Positions 28,364-37,203 of a DNA stretch of 64,000 bases are shown in pieces (the first letter of the stretch is position 1; every line of letters begins with the position of its first letter). Location of the stretch: positions 1 to 64,000 of IMG/VR virus record IMGVR_UViG_3300022746_000020; one strand, given 5' to 3'. The stretch is from a virus. Its lineage: Duplodnaviria; Caudoviricetes. The notes below the pieces were generated by a model that did not search any database, was not told the DNA's origin, and saw only the letters and a list, made by a program, of their open reading frames with translations. Position numbers and translations under genes: made by a program.

Positions 28364-31300
28364 ATGGCAAATACCGTTTTCCAAACCCCAAAGATTAAGG
28401 TTCGTGTAAAGAACGACGGTGCCTTAGCACCAACGCAAGCACTTACACTACGCAATGCTGTTGGCTCTGGCCGTAGGTTGGATGAGCTGACGGACGTCAC
28501 TACTACCAACGTAGCCAATGCGTACATCATTATCTACAATGCGAATTCCGCTACATGGGTGGCACATCGCGCACCTACGATCACCGGCAATGTGTTTCAA
28601 ATTGCGGTATCGAACACATATAACGACTTTGACTGGAGTCTGTCGTTCCCAAATAACGTCATTATTGCCAATAACCTAAACGTTGGCAATAGTTTCAGCA
28701 TTGTCGATCAAACGACGACCGCTAATAATCTAGACATCACAGGCGCGATCAACAGAGATCCGACAATCACGATCAATCTGTCTGGCGACGTCGCAGGTTC
28801 TGGAAATACCACGCTAACGAATTTAGCGAATGGTGTAATCAACATCACAACGACTAATCAGTTCGATAGTATTGAGCTTGGCGTCGATACAACTGGCTCA
28901 TATGTCGGCAACGTGGCTCCAGGAACTGGTGTTCACATTACGGGTGCTGGCGGCGAAAACAGCCAGCCTACATTCTCGATCGGTCAACCAGTTGAAACTG
29001 ATTCTGAAGTTAACTTCGGTAACACAACTGCACATGGCTTTGCAAACGTAACAGGCACGTTGCAAGTATCTGGACGTACTGATCTACGTGATACTGGTAT
29101 TGATGGTACGTTGCGCGTCAACTATACAGCTAATTTGGCTGGCAACGTTGAAATTCGTGGCACCGCTACAGTCAATGGCGCAACCGTTATTGCTAATACT
29201 TTGGCTGTAGGGAATACGACTGTCGTTGGTTCGATTAACGTATCATCCACTGCCAATGTAGGCGGCGATGCTACTATTCATGGTGGTTTGGTTGTCAATG
29301 GCGCAGTAACAATTGCTAACACAGCCAACATCAGTGGCAATGCAGCAATCGCCGGAACACTAACGACTAAGAATGTCGTTCCAGATGCTAACAACGCATA
29401 TGCTCTCGGTACACCTGAAATGCGATACACTGAGTTGTATCTCAGTGGCAATACGCTTGTTGTCGGCAATGCTGTTATTTCGGATGCTGGAACTGTTCTA
29501 AGTGCTCAGACTCCAACTGGCGATCCTATCGCATTCGACGTTGGCAATACGAGCGTACAAGGAACGCTGACAGTTCGCGAGACTGTTTCTTCTAACACAC
29601 TCGTTGCTAATGCAATCTCTGTTGCCGAGAGCTCAGACTTTTATGGTAACACACAAATTCACGGCCCTGCAATCGTTAATGGTGCAGTTACCATCGCAAA
29701 CACAATTGCTACAGGTAATGCAACAGTTACTGGCTATGCGAACGTAACAGGACAACTTCAAACAGGAACATTGCTTTCTGGTAATGCTGATGTTGTAGGT
29801 TATATCAACGTTTCATCAACCGCGAATATCGGCGGCAATGCAACCATCAACGGCCAAGTGTCGGTTACGAATGCGATTGCGACAGGCAATTCGACTGTTA
29901 CTGGTTTCTTAGAAGTATCTTCCACGGCCAACATCGGTGGCGCTGTAACTGCTCGTAGCACAGTCGCTGTTAATGGTGCTGTTACTATTGCAAATACGCT
30001 TGCTACTGGCAATTCGACTGTTACTGGATTCATCAACGTATCATCGACTGCAAACGTCGGCGGCGATCTGACTGCACGTAGCCGAATCATCGCCAACGGC
30101 TCAGTAACAATTGCAAACACTCTTGCTGCTGGTAACACGACTGTTACTGGTTTCTTAGAAGTATCTTCATCAGCAAACGTTGGTGGCAACTTAGCTGCTC
30201 ATGGCAACATGACAGTCAATGGTGCTGTAAATATCGCCAACACTCTAGCGGCTGGTAATACTACAATCACTGGCATCGCGAACGTCCAAGGTAATGTTGT
30301 CGTTACAGATACGCTTGCTGGTAATAACTTAACACTGACTGGTAACCTAACGGTTTCCGGTACAACCACTTATATCAACACAACTGCATTGAATATTGGT
30401 GACAATATCATCACGCTCAATGCTGATATGGCTGGCGTTCCACTTGAGAATGCTGGTATCGACATCAACCGTGGCACATCTGCTAATGTTCAGTTCCTTT
30501 GGGACGAGTTGAACGATAGATGGTCAACGAATGGTAGCAATTTAGCTGTTGGCGCAAACGTCGTTATCAATACTACTGACATTACAGTAGGTAATACGAC
30601 TGTCAATACATTCGCCAACTCTACAACGATCGTTGCAAACAACATCAACGTTGCCACAATCAACCGCAACCCAAACATTGTTGTTTCGTTGACTGGTGAT
30701 GTTGTTGGTACTGCTAACGCAACACTAACAAACTTGGCAAATGGTAGCATTACGCTATCAACAACAATTCAACCGAATGCTGTTGAGCTTGGTATCGATA
30801 CTTCGGGATCATATGTTGGTAATGTCGTACCAGGAACTGGTGTATACATCACTGGAGCTGGTGGTGAGAATAGCCAACCTACGTTTGCAATCGGCCAGCC
30901 AGTCGATACAACATCTGCTGTTACGTTTGGTAACACAACAATCAATGGCACTGCCAATGTCTCTGGTAAGGTAGTTGCTGGTACTATCGATTCAGGAAAT
31001 GTATCGGTAACTGGCTTCATTAATGTCACATCGACTGCCAACATCGGTGGCAATATCACTGCTCGTGGTGATGTAACCGTTAATGGTGCTGTTGTAGTTG
31101 CAAACACAATCGCAACTGGTAATGCAACTGTAGCTGGTTATGCCAACGTTATTGGCAATCTAAATGCAGTGACTGCTACGGTAGGAAACACAATTGTATC
31201 TGGCTCATTGGCTAGTGGCAATACAACTGTAACCGGTTTCATCAACGTTTCTTCTACCGCTAATGTAGGCGGAGCTGTTACCCTGAGAGACAGCTTGACC

Positions 31301-33907
31301 GTTAATGGAGCTGTCTTAATATCTAATACATTGAGCAGCGGCAATACGACTATAGCCGGTTTTGCTAATGTGGTCAACAGTTTGCAAGTGTCGGGTGGAA
31401 CAACTCTAGCAAATACTGTAGATATCGCCGGAAATACGACGATTAGTGCTGGTTCGTTGACGCTTTCCAACACAGTAAGCAAGTGGATCAACTTCCAGCA
31501 AAACGGAATTGGTGCTCCTACAGTCGCCACAAGAAGCGCTGGTACTAAAGCTATTTTCTGGGATACAGTTAGCGCTGCCGCTGTCGACTATGCAATTGGT
31601 ATTGAATCTGGTTCGATGTGGTTCAGTACAGCTACGCTGACCGATAGCAACTACAAGTTCTACGCAAATACTACGCTGATTATGCAAGCCAACAATACTG
31701 GCTTGAATCTATTTGGCCGTACGTTGTCTGGCGTTACTACACTTGCAGCTGGCAACACAACAATCACTGGTTACGCTAACGTAACTGGATCTTTCCAATC
31801 GCAGACGCTGTCAACAGGCAACACGATCGTTGGTGGCACGTTGTCGGCCGGAAATACAACGATTACGGGCTATGCTAATGTAACGACTAGCCTACAGACA
31901 TCTACATTTGTTTCTGGCAATTCCACAATCACTGGTTTTGCTAATGTCGTTGGTACGCTCCAATCGACAACTCTTTCTACTGGCAATAGCGTCGTATCTG
32001 GCACACTGGCTTCTGGAAATACAACAGTTACAGGATTTGCTAATGTAACAGGCAATATGATGTCTGCTACAATCACAGCAGGTAACACAACCGTAACTGG
32101 ATTTGCTAATGTCGTTGGATCGCTACAATCGACAACTCTTACTACAGGCAACACTACTGTAACAGGTTCAGCAAACGTCGTTGGAAACCTACAAACAACA
32201 ACATTCGTTTCTGGTAACTCAACTGTTACAGGTTTTGCTAACGTTGTTGGTAGCTTGCAAACAACTACATTTGCTTCTGGTAATGCAGTTGTGTCTGGAT
32301 CTCTCGATGCTGGCAATACAACCGTAACTGGCTTCGCGAATGTCGTTGGTTCGTTGCAATCGACCACCCTATCGACTGGCAACACAACAGTTGCTGGTAC
32401 ACTCGCATCCGGTAATACAGTAGTAACTGGCTTCATCAACGTATATTCTACAGCAAGCATCGCTGGCAACGTTGATGTTCATGGTACGTTAGTTGTTAAC
32501 GGTGCTACTACAATCGCCAACACGCTTGCTACAGGCAATACGACCGTAAACGGATGGGCAAACGTAACAGGTAATATTAATTCAGCTACGATTACGACTG
32601 GTGGCGCTAATGTAGCCGGCACGCTAGCGGCCGGTAACACAACGATCAATGGATTCGCGAATGTTACATCGACGTTGGATGTTGGTGGTGCAGTAACGAT
32701 TGCTAATACACTTGCAGCTGGCAACACAACGATTACTGGCTTTGCTAATGTGAACGGCGATGCTACTGTTAGTGGCAACGCTACGATCGGGTATCATCTA
32801 ACAGCAAATACAATCCATACACTATCTAACGTCCAGATCGATGGTGATTTGTTTGTCAATGGTAATACTGTAACAATTGGCGTTACGAATCTAGCAGTTG
32901 AAGACAACATGATCTACCTCAACGAAGGTAGTGCAATTGCTAATCCTGATTTGGGTATTACTGGTAACTATAACGACGGTACATATCGTCATGCTGGTTT
33001 CTTCCGTGATGCCACAGATGGAGTGTGGAAAGTCTTCGATCAATATGAGCCTGAACCAGATGGCGCATACATCGATACATCAAACAACACGTTCAGAATC
33101 GCCGACTTCCAAGCAAATACCGGTACGTTCCGTATCGTTGCAGCCGGCAATACTACAATTAGCGGATTCGCTAATGTGGTCGGCACGCTCGATTCTGGAA
33201 ACACAACGATTGTTGGCTTTGCAAACATCTCGTCGACGCTTGCTGCCGGTAATACAACAATTACTGGTTTTGCTAACGTAACTTCGTCGCTCCAATCGTT
33301 GACGTTGTCGACAGGTAACACAACAATTGCTGGAACGCTTGGTGCTGGCAACACAACAGTAGCAGGTTGGGCAAATGTAACATCACAACTACAAACGCAG
33401 ACACTCGTTTCTGGTAACTCTACGATCACCGGATATGCTAATGTCGTTGGTTCGTTGCAATCTACGACACTCTCCACTGGTAATACAACTATCAGTGGTA
33501 CGCTAGCTTCTGGCAACACAACGATTACTGGTAGCTTGGCAGCAACAACAATTGCAGCAGGCAATACTGTATTGTCTGGATCGCTATCTGTAGGAAATAC
33601 TACGATCGCAGGATTTGCGAATGTATCTGGCGCGGTGAGTGCCGGCAATACGACGATCGCTGGTTTTGCAAATGTTATTGGTGATGTTGCAATTTCGGGC
33701 AATATTACTGCAACTGCCATAACACTGACGAACGATCTCACAGTTCCGAACGGCGGTACAGGTAGATCTACATTCACGGTTAATGGCGTTCTTTATGGCA
33801 ATGGTACGGATGGCTTATTGGTAACTGCTGCTGGCGCTGAGGGCGAAGTACTGCAGATTATTGGAGGAGTCCCAACATTCGGATCAATAGACTGTGGTAC
33901 ATTCTGA
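28364..33907 (+). CDS. Giant repetitive tail-fibre-like protein (1847 aa)
   Basis: Dozens of GN(T/S)T(I/V)TGFANV-type repeats; duplicated ELG.DT.GSYVGNV.PGTGV module; C-terminal LTVPNGGTG...IDCGTF. Confidence 0.75.
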   Translation: MANTVFQTPKIKVRVKNDGALAPTQALTLRNAVGSGRRLDELTDVTTTNVANAYIIIYNANSATWVAHRAPTITGNVFQIAVSNTYNDFDWSLSFPNNVIIANNLNVGNSFSIVDQTTTANNLDITGAINRDPTITINLSGDVAGSGNTTLTNLANGVINITTTNQFDSIELGVDTTGSYVGNVAPGTGVHITGAGGENSQPTFSIGQPVETDSEVNFGNTTAHGFANVTGTLQVSGRTDLRDTGIDGTLRVNYTANLAGNVEIRGTATVNGATVIANTLAVGNTTVVGSINVSSTANVGGDATIHGGLVVNGAVTIANTANISGNAAIAGTLTTKNVVPDANNAYALGTPEMRYTELYLSGNTLVVGNAVISDAGTVLSAQTPTGDPIAFDVGNTSVQGTLTVRETVSSNTLVANAISVAESSDFYGNTQIHGPAIVNGAVTIANTIATGNATVTGYANVTGQLQTGTLLSGNADVVGYINVSSTANIGGNATINGQVSVTNAIATGNSTVTGFLEVSSTANIGGAVTARSTVAVNGAVTIANTLATGNSTVTGFINVSSTANVGGDLTARSRIIANGSVTIANTLAAGNTTVTGFLEVSSSANVGGNLAAHGNMTVNGAVNIANTLAAGNTTITGIANVQGNVVVTDTLAGNNLTLTGNLTVSGTTTYINTTALNIGDNIITLNADMAGVPLENAGIDINRGTSANVQFLWDELNDRWSTNGSNLAVGANVVINTTDITVGNTTVNTFANSTTIVANNINVATINRNPNIVVSLTGDVVGTANATLTNLANGSITLSTTIQPNAVELGIDTSGSYVGNVVPGTGVYITGAGGENSQPTFAIGQPVDTTSAVTFGNTTINGTANVSGKVVAGTIDSGNVSVTGFINVTSTANIGGNITARGDVTVNGAVVVANTIATGNATVAGYANVIGNLNAVTATVGNTIVSGSLASGNTTVTGFINVSSTANVGGAVTLRDSLTVNGAVLISNTLSSGNTTIAGFANVVNSLQVSGGTTLANTVDIAGNTTISAGSLTLSNTVSKWINFQQNGIGAPTVATRSAGTKAIFWDTVSAAAVDYAIGIESGSMWFSTATLTDSNYKFYANTTLIMQANNTGLNLFGRTLSGVTTLAAGNTTITGYANVTGSFQSQTLSTGNTIVGGTLSAGNTTITGYANVTTSLQTSTFVSGNSTITGFANVVGTLQSTTLSTGNSVVSGTLASGNTTVTGFANVTGNMMSATITAGNTTVTGFANVVGSLQSTTLTTGNTTVTGSANVVGNLQTTTFVSGNSTVTGFANVVGSLQTTTFASGNAVVSGSLDAGNTTVTGFANVVGSLQSTTLSTGNTTVAGTLASGNTVVTGFINVYSTASIAGNVDVHGTLVVNGATTIANTLATGNTTVNGWANVTGNINSATITTGGANVAGTLAAGNTTINGFANVTSTLDVGGAVTIANTLAAGNTTITGFANVNGDATVSGNATIGYHLTANTIHTLSNVQIDGDLFVNGNTVTIGVTNLAVEDNMIYLNEGSAIANPDLGITGNYNDGTYRHAGFFRDATDGVWKVFDQYEPEPDGAYIDTSNNTFRIADFQANTGTFRIVAAGNTTISGFANVVGTLDSGNTTIVGFANISSTLAAGNTTITGFANVTSSLQSLTLSTGNTTIAGTLGAGNTTVAGWANVTSQLQTQTLVSGNSTITGYANVVGSLQSTTLSTGNTTISGTLASGNTTITGSLAATTIAAGNTVLSGSLSVGNTTIAGFANVSGAVSAGNTTIAGFANVIGDVAISGNITATAITLTNDLTVPNGGTGRSTFTVNGVLYGNGTDGLLVTAAGAEGEVLQIIGGVPTFGSIDCGTF

Positions 33908-33921
33908 TGGATTTGTGACAA

Positions 33922-33929
33922 CCTAAATA
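33922..33929 (+). promoter_or_regulatory. Possible late promoter variant
   Basis: CCTAAATA (core TAAATA) in the intergenic region before 33982. Confidence 0.5.
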
Positions 33930-33981
33930 ATACATTAATATACGGGCTGCTCTATAGTGGCCTTTAACTCTAGATAGAGAC

Positions 33982-36900
33982 ATGGCTGGAACAAAAGTAC
34001 AAATCAAACGTAGCAGCGTTGCTGGGCGCGTCCCATCAGCTTCAGATATTGAAGTTGGACAGCTTGCTATTAACTTTACAGACAATCGGTTCTTTACAAA
34101 GGACGGGTCAAACACCGTCATTGATGTTTTTGGCCAAAGTCTAAATACAACAGCTAACGTCTCTTTCAGAGATGGTGCATTTGCTAATATTTCAGCTACC
34201 ACGCTTGCTGGTAACTTGGAATGGAGCTACATCACAACAAAACCAGATCTCAAAATCGACATCACAGGCGATGCGACTGGTACAAATACATTTGTTGATC
34301 TTGCAAATGGCGCGATCAACATCACACTTGCTAATACAGCTGTTACGCCAGGCACATATGGTAACAGCTCTGTAATCCCAGTACTCACGATCGATAGTAA
34401 GGGTCGTGTAACGGCTGCAACAACGAATGCGGTAGCTGGCATTACTGGATTCTCATACACATCATCGAACAACACGCTTGCTATTACTGCTGGCGACGGT
34501 TCGGTCTATAAAGCTACCGTCAATACAGTCAATACATTTGCAGTATCGAATACGTTACTTGTGACTGGTGTCGGTACGTTTTCCAACGATGTAATTGTTT
34601 CTGGTAACCTAGTTGTTTCTGGTACAACAACGTACATTAATACGACAGAGCTAAACATTGGCGACAATATCATTTCGCTCAATGCTGATTTAACAGGCAC
34701 TCCATCAGAAAATGCTGGCGTCTCTATCAACAGAGGAACATCCTCTAATGTAGCTTTGTTGTGGGATGAATCGGTAGATGCTTGGACATTTACTAACGAC
34801 GGCTCTACTTACTTCAAGATCGCGAGCAACACGGATGTTGATGCTGCATACGCCAATGCTGCAAGCTATGCTGATGCTAAGGCTGCAAATGCATATTCCA
34901 ACGCAGTAAGCTATACGGATACAAAAGCCGCTGCTGCATATTCTAATGCGACGAGTTATGCAGACACGGTAGCAGCTACATCATATGCTAACGCTACATC
35001 TTATGCTGATACTGTTGCTGCAACATCTTATGCAAATGCAACGAGCTATACGGATACAGTAGCAGCTACAGCGTATTCTAATGCAGCTTCATATGCAGAT
35101 ACAAAGGCTGCAGCGGCTTATTCGAACGCAGTGTCGACAGCATCAGCTGATGCGACAGACAAGGCATCTAATGCTTATAGCAATGCTGTAAGTTTTGCTA
35201 CTGCTGCAGCAAGTGCTGCTTACTCGAATGCAACCTCGTACGCTGATACAAAGGCTGCTGCCGCATACTCGAACGCTGTATCTACAGCAGCAACAGACGC
35301 TACCAATAAAGCAGCCAACGCATACTCCAACGCTATAAGCTATGCTGCTTCGATAGCTGCTACAGCATATTCAAATGCCGTATCTACAGCAGCAACAGAT
35401 GCGACAATACTAGCAACAGATGCGTACAATTCTGCTGTAAGTGCTGCAGCATCTGATGCATCTAGCAAGGCAGCGACTGCTTACTCAAACGCAGTATCGA
35501 CTGCATCGGCCGATGCTACTTCGAAGGCTGCTACGGCTTATTCGAATGCTGTATCTACAGCAGCAACAGACGCTACCAATAAGGCAGCAAATGCATATTC
35601 GAATGCAATTGCATACGCTGCTTCCAATTCATATGTCAATTCGACGTTTGCTCCTCTTGCAGGTGCAACGTTTACTGGATCTGTAACTTTCGCTAACACA
35701 GTAGCGTTTGGCAACACACGGATTACTGCTAATGGTGGTGTAGGCACATCTGGTCAAGTGTTGATGTCTGGTGGTGCAAGCGGCAATGTATATTGGTCGA
35801 CAGTATCGCTGACTGATCTTAATACAACATACACATTATCGACAGCAGCAAACACAGCATCGGCTAACATCGTTTTAACTGGTTCTGATTCATCGACGAA
35901 TACAGTTAAAATCATTGGTGCTGGTGGCCTCAATGTTAGCTCGAATGGTACAGTAATCACACTTGATGGTTCTAGTATCACTGGAGGTGGTGGAAGCAGT
36001 AACAGTTTCGGTACGTTCATCGTAGCTGGCCAAGCAAACGTAGTTGCAGATCAAGCAAATGACACATTGACGCTTGTTGCTGGTAGCAATATGTCGATTA
36101 CGACTAATGCTACGAGTGGCGCAATCACATTTACTTCGACTGCAAGTGGTGGTGGCGGTGCGCTTGGTAACAACGTCGGCAATGCGTTTATATCGGCGCG
36201 TGATAATTTCCTTGGCAACGGATCAAATACAGCATTCACGCTGTCGCAAACGGCAACGTCGAATACAATCCTGGTTCTCGTTGAAGGCTTGGTACAATTC
36301 CATAACGAAGATTATGACGTATCTGGCACAACACTGACATTTACGACTGCTCCAGTAAACAACGAAGCAATTGAAGTCCTTCATATATCTGGTGCGGCGA
36401 TCTATCGCTTCTCGCAATATGGAGCAATTGATAGCTTTACTGGTAACGGAAGCAATACAGGATATACACTATCCAGAACTGCCAATACTAGCACAGCAAC
36501 AGTCTACTTGGATGGTTTGCTGCAGGATCCTTCGACTGACTTCTCGATTAGTGGTACTGCTCTTACATTCACAACTGCACCTCTGAGCGGCGAAAGCATA
36601 TTGGTATATCATGTTGATAGCGCAGCAACTGCTCTACCTTCAGCAGCGATTACGAGCTCGGATACATTTACTGGCGATGGTACAACTACTGCATTTACGT
36701 TGACAGCCACAGCGAATAGTACGACTAGCTTTGTGACAATCAACGGTATGCTCCAACGCTATACGACGGATTATAGCGTAACAGATTTAACGCTGACGTT
36801 TGTCGATGCTCCACCGAGCGGTGCATCGATCCAATCGTTAAGATTGTCAGGAGCAATAGGCGCTTCTTATAAGAGCGTAGTCGCAAATGGCGTAACAGTA

Positions 36901-37203
36901 ACTGCTCCAACATCGGACGCTGTCCTTAATCTAGCAGCTGGTTCGGGTGTATCATTATCTGCGAATGCATCTACATCTACGGTAACTATCGCTGCGACGG
37001 CGGTAACGAAACAATCGCTAACTGGTAATGGATCGAACACGATCTTTACGTTGAGCTCCAGCACATTTTCTGATAATATTCTGGTATTCGTTGATGGTAC
37101 ATACTTCCATCCAGACGAAGACTATACAGTTTCTGGTACTACTATTACATTTTCTTCAGCTCCGATTGCATCGGCTGAAATTAGAATTAGGTTTATTCGA
37201 TAA
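33982..37203 (+). CDS. Tail fibre trunk protein with AYSNA repeats and four C-terminal FxG(N/D)G Ig-like domains
   Basis: N-terminal VQIKRSSVAGRVPS..IEVGQLAINFTD fibre anchor; many AY(S/A)NA repeats; four ~65-aa (F/L)(T/L)G(N/D)G....(F/Y)TL...LTF..AP domains. Confidence 0.8.
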   Translation: MAGTKVQIKRSSVAGRVPSASDIEVGQLAINFTDNRFFTKDGSNTVIDVFGQSLNTTANVSFRDGAFANISATTLAGNLEWSYITTKPDLKIDITGDATGTNTFVDLANGAINITLANTAVTPGTYGNSSVIPVLTIDSKGRVTAATTNAVAGITGFSYTSSNNTLAITAGDGSVYKATVNTVNTFAVSNTLLVTGVGTFSNDVIVSGNLVVSGTTTYINTTELNIGDNIISLNADLTGTPSENAGVSINRGTSSNVALLWDESVDAWTFTNDGSTYFKIASNTDVDAAYANAASYADAKAANAYSNAVSYTDTKAAAAYSNATSYADTVAATSYANATSYADTVAATSYANATSYTDTVAATAYSNAASYADTKAAAAYSNAVSTASADATDKASNAYSNAVSFATAAASAAYSNATSYADTKAAAAYSNAVSTAATDATNKAANAYSNAISYAASIAATAYSNAVSTAATDATILATDAYNSAVSAAASDASSKAATAYSNAVSTASADATSKAATAYSNAVSTAATDATNKAANAYSNAIAYAASNSYVNSTFAPLAGATFTGSVTFANTVAFGNTRITANGGVGTSGQVLMSGGASGNVYWSTVSLTDLNTTYTLSTAANTASANIVLTGSDSSTNTVKIIGAGGLNVSSNGTVITLDGSSITGGGGSSNSFGTFIVAGQANVVADQANDTLTLVAGSNMSITTNATSGAITFTSTASGGGGALGNNVGNAFISARDNFLGNGSNTAFTLSQTATSNTILVLVEGLVQFHNEDYDVSGTTLTFTTAPVNNEAIEVLHISGAAIYRFSQYGAIDSFTGNGSNTGYTLSRTANTSTATVYLDGLLQDPSTDFSISGTALTFTTAPLSGESILVYHVDSAATALPSAAITSSDTFTGDGTTTAFTLTATANSTTSFVTINGMLQRYTTDYSVTDLTLTFVDAPPSGASIQSLRLSGAIGASYKSVVANGVTVTAPTSDAVLNLAAGSGVSLSANASTSTVTIAATAVTKQSLTGNGSNTIFTLSSSTFSDNILVFVDGTYFHPDEDYTVSGTTITFSSAPIASAEIRIRFIR
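34840..35630 (+). repeat. AY(S/A)NA coding repeat region (about 15-19 aa period)
   Basis: AAAYSNATSYADT / AYSNAVSTAATDAT units; the same units occur in the 40286, 46825 and 55687 proteins. Confidence 0.85.

Noticed and set aside
28364-33907. Ice-nucleation or autotransporter protein
   Set aside because: No AGYGST repeats, signal peptide or beta-barrel domain; it shares modules with neighbouring phage fibre genes.
18493-35630. CRISPR array or non-coding tandem repeats
   Set aside because: All repeats seen are in-frame coding repeats with synonymous variation; there is no repeat-spacer structure.
29278-36239. Long antisense ORFs (for example 31870..32469 and 33040..33777)
   Set aside because: They are shadows of Thr/Asn/Gly/Ala-rich repetitive sense genes, with no start signals or independent motifs.
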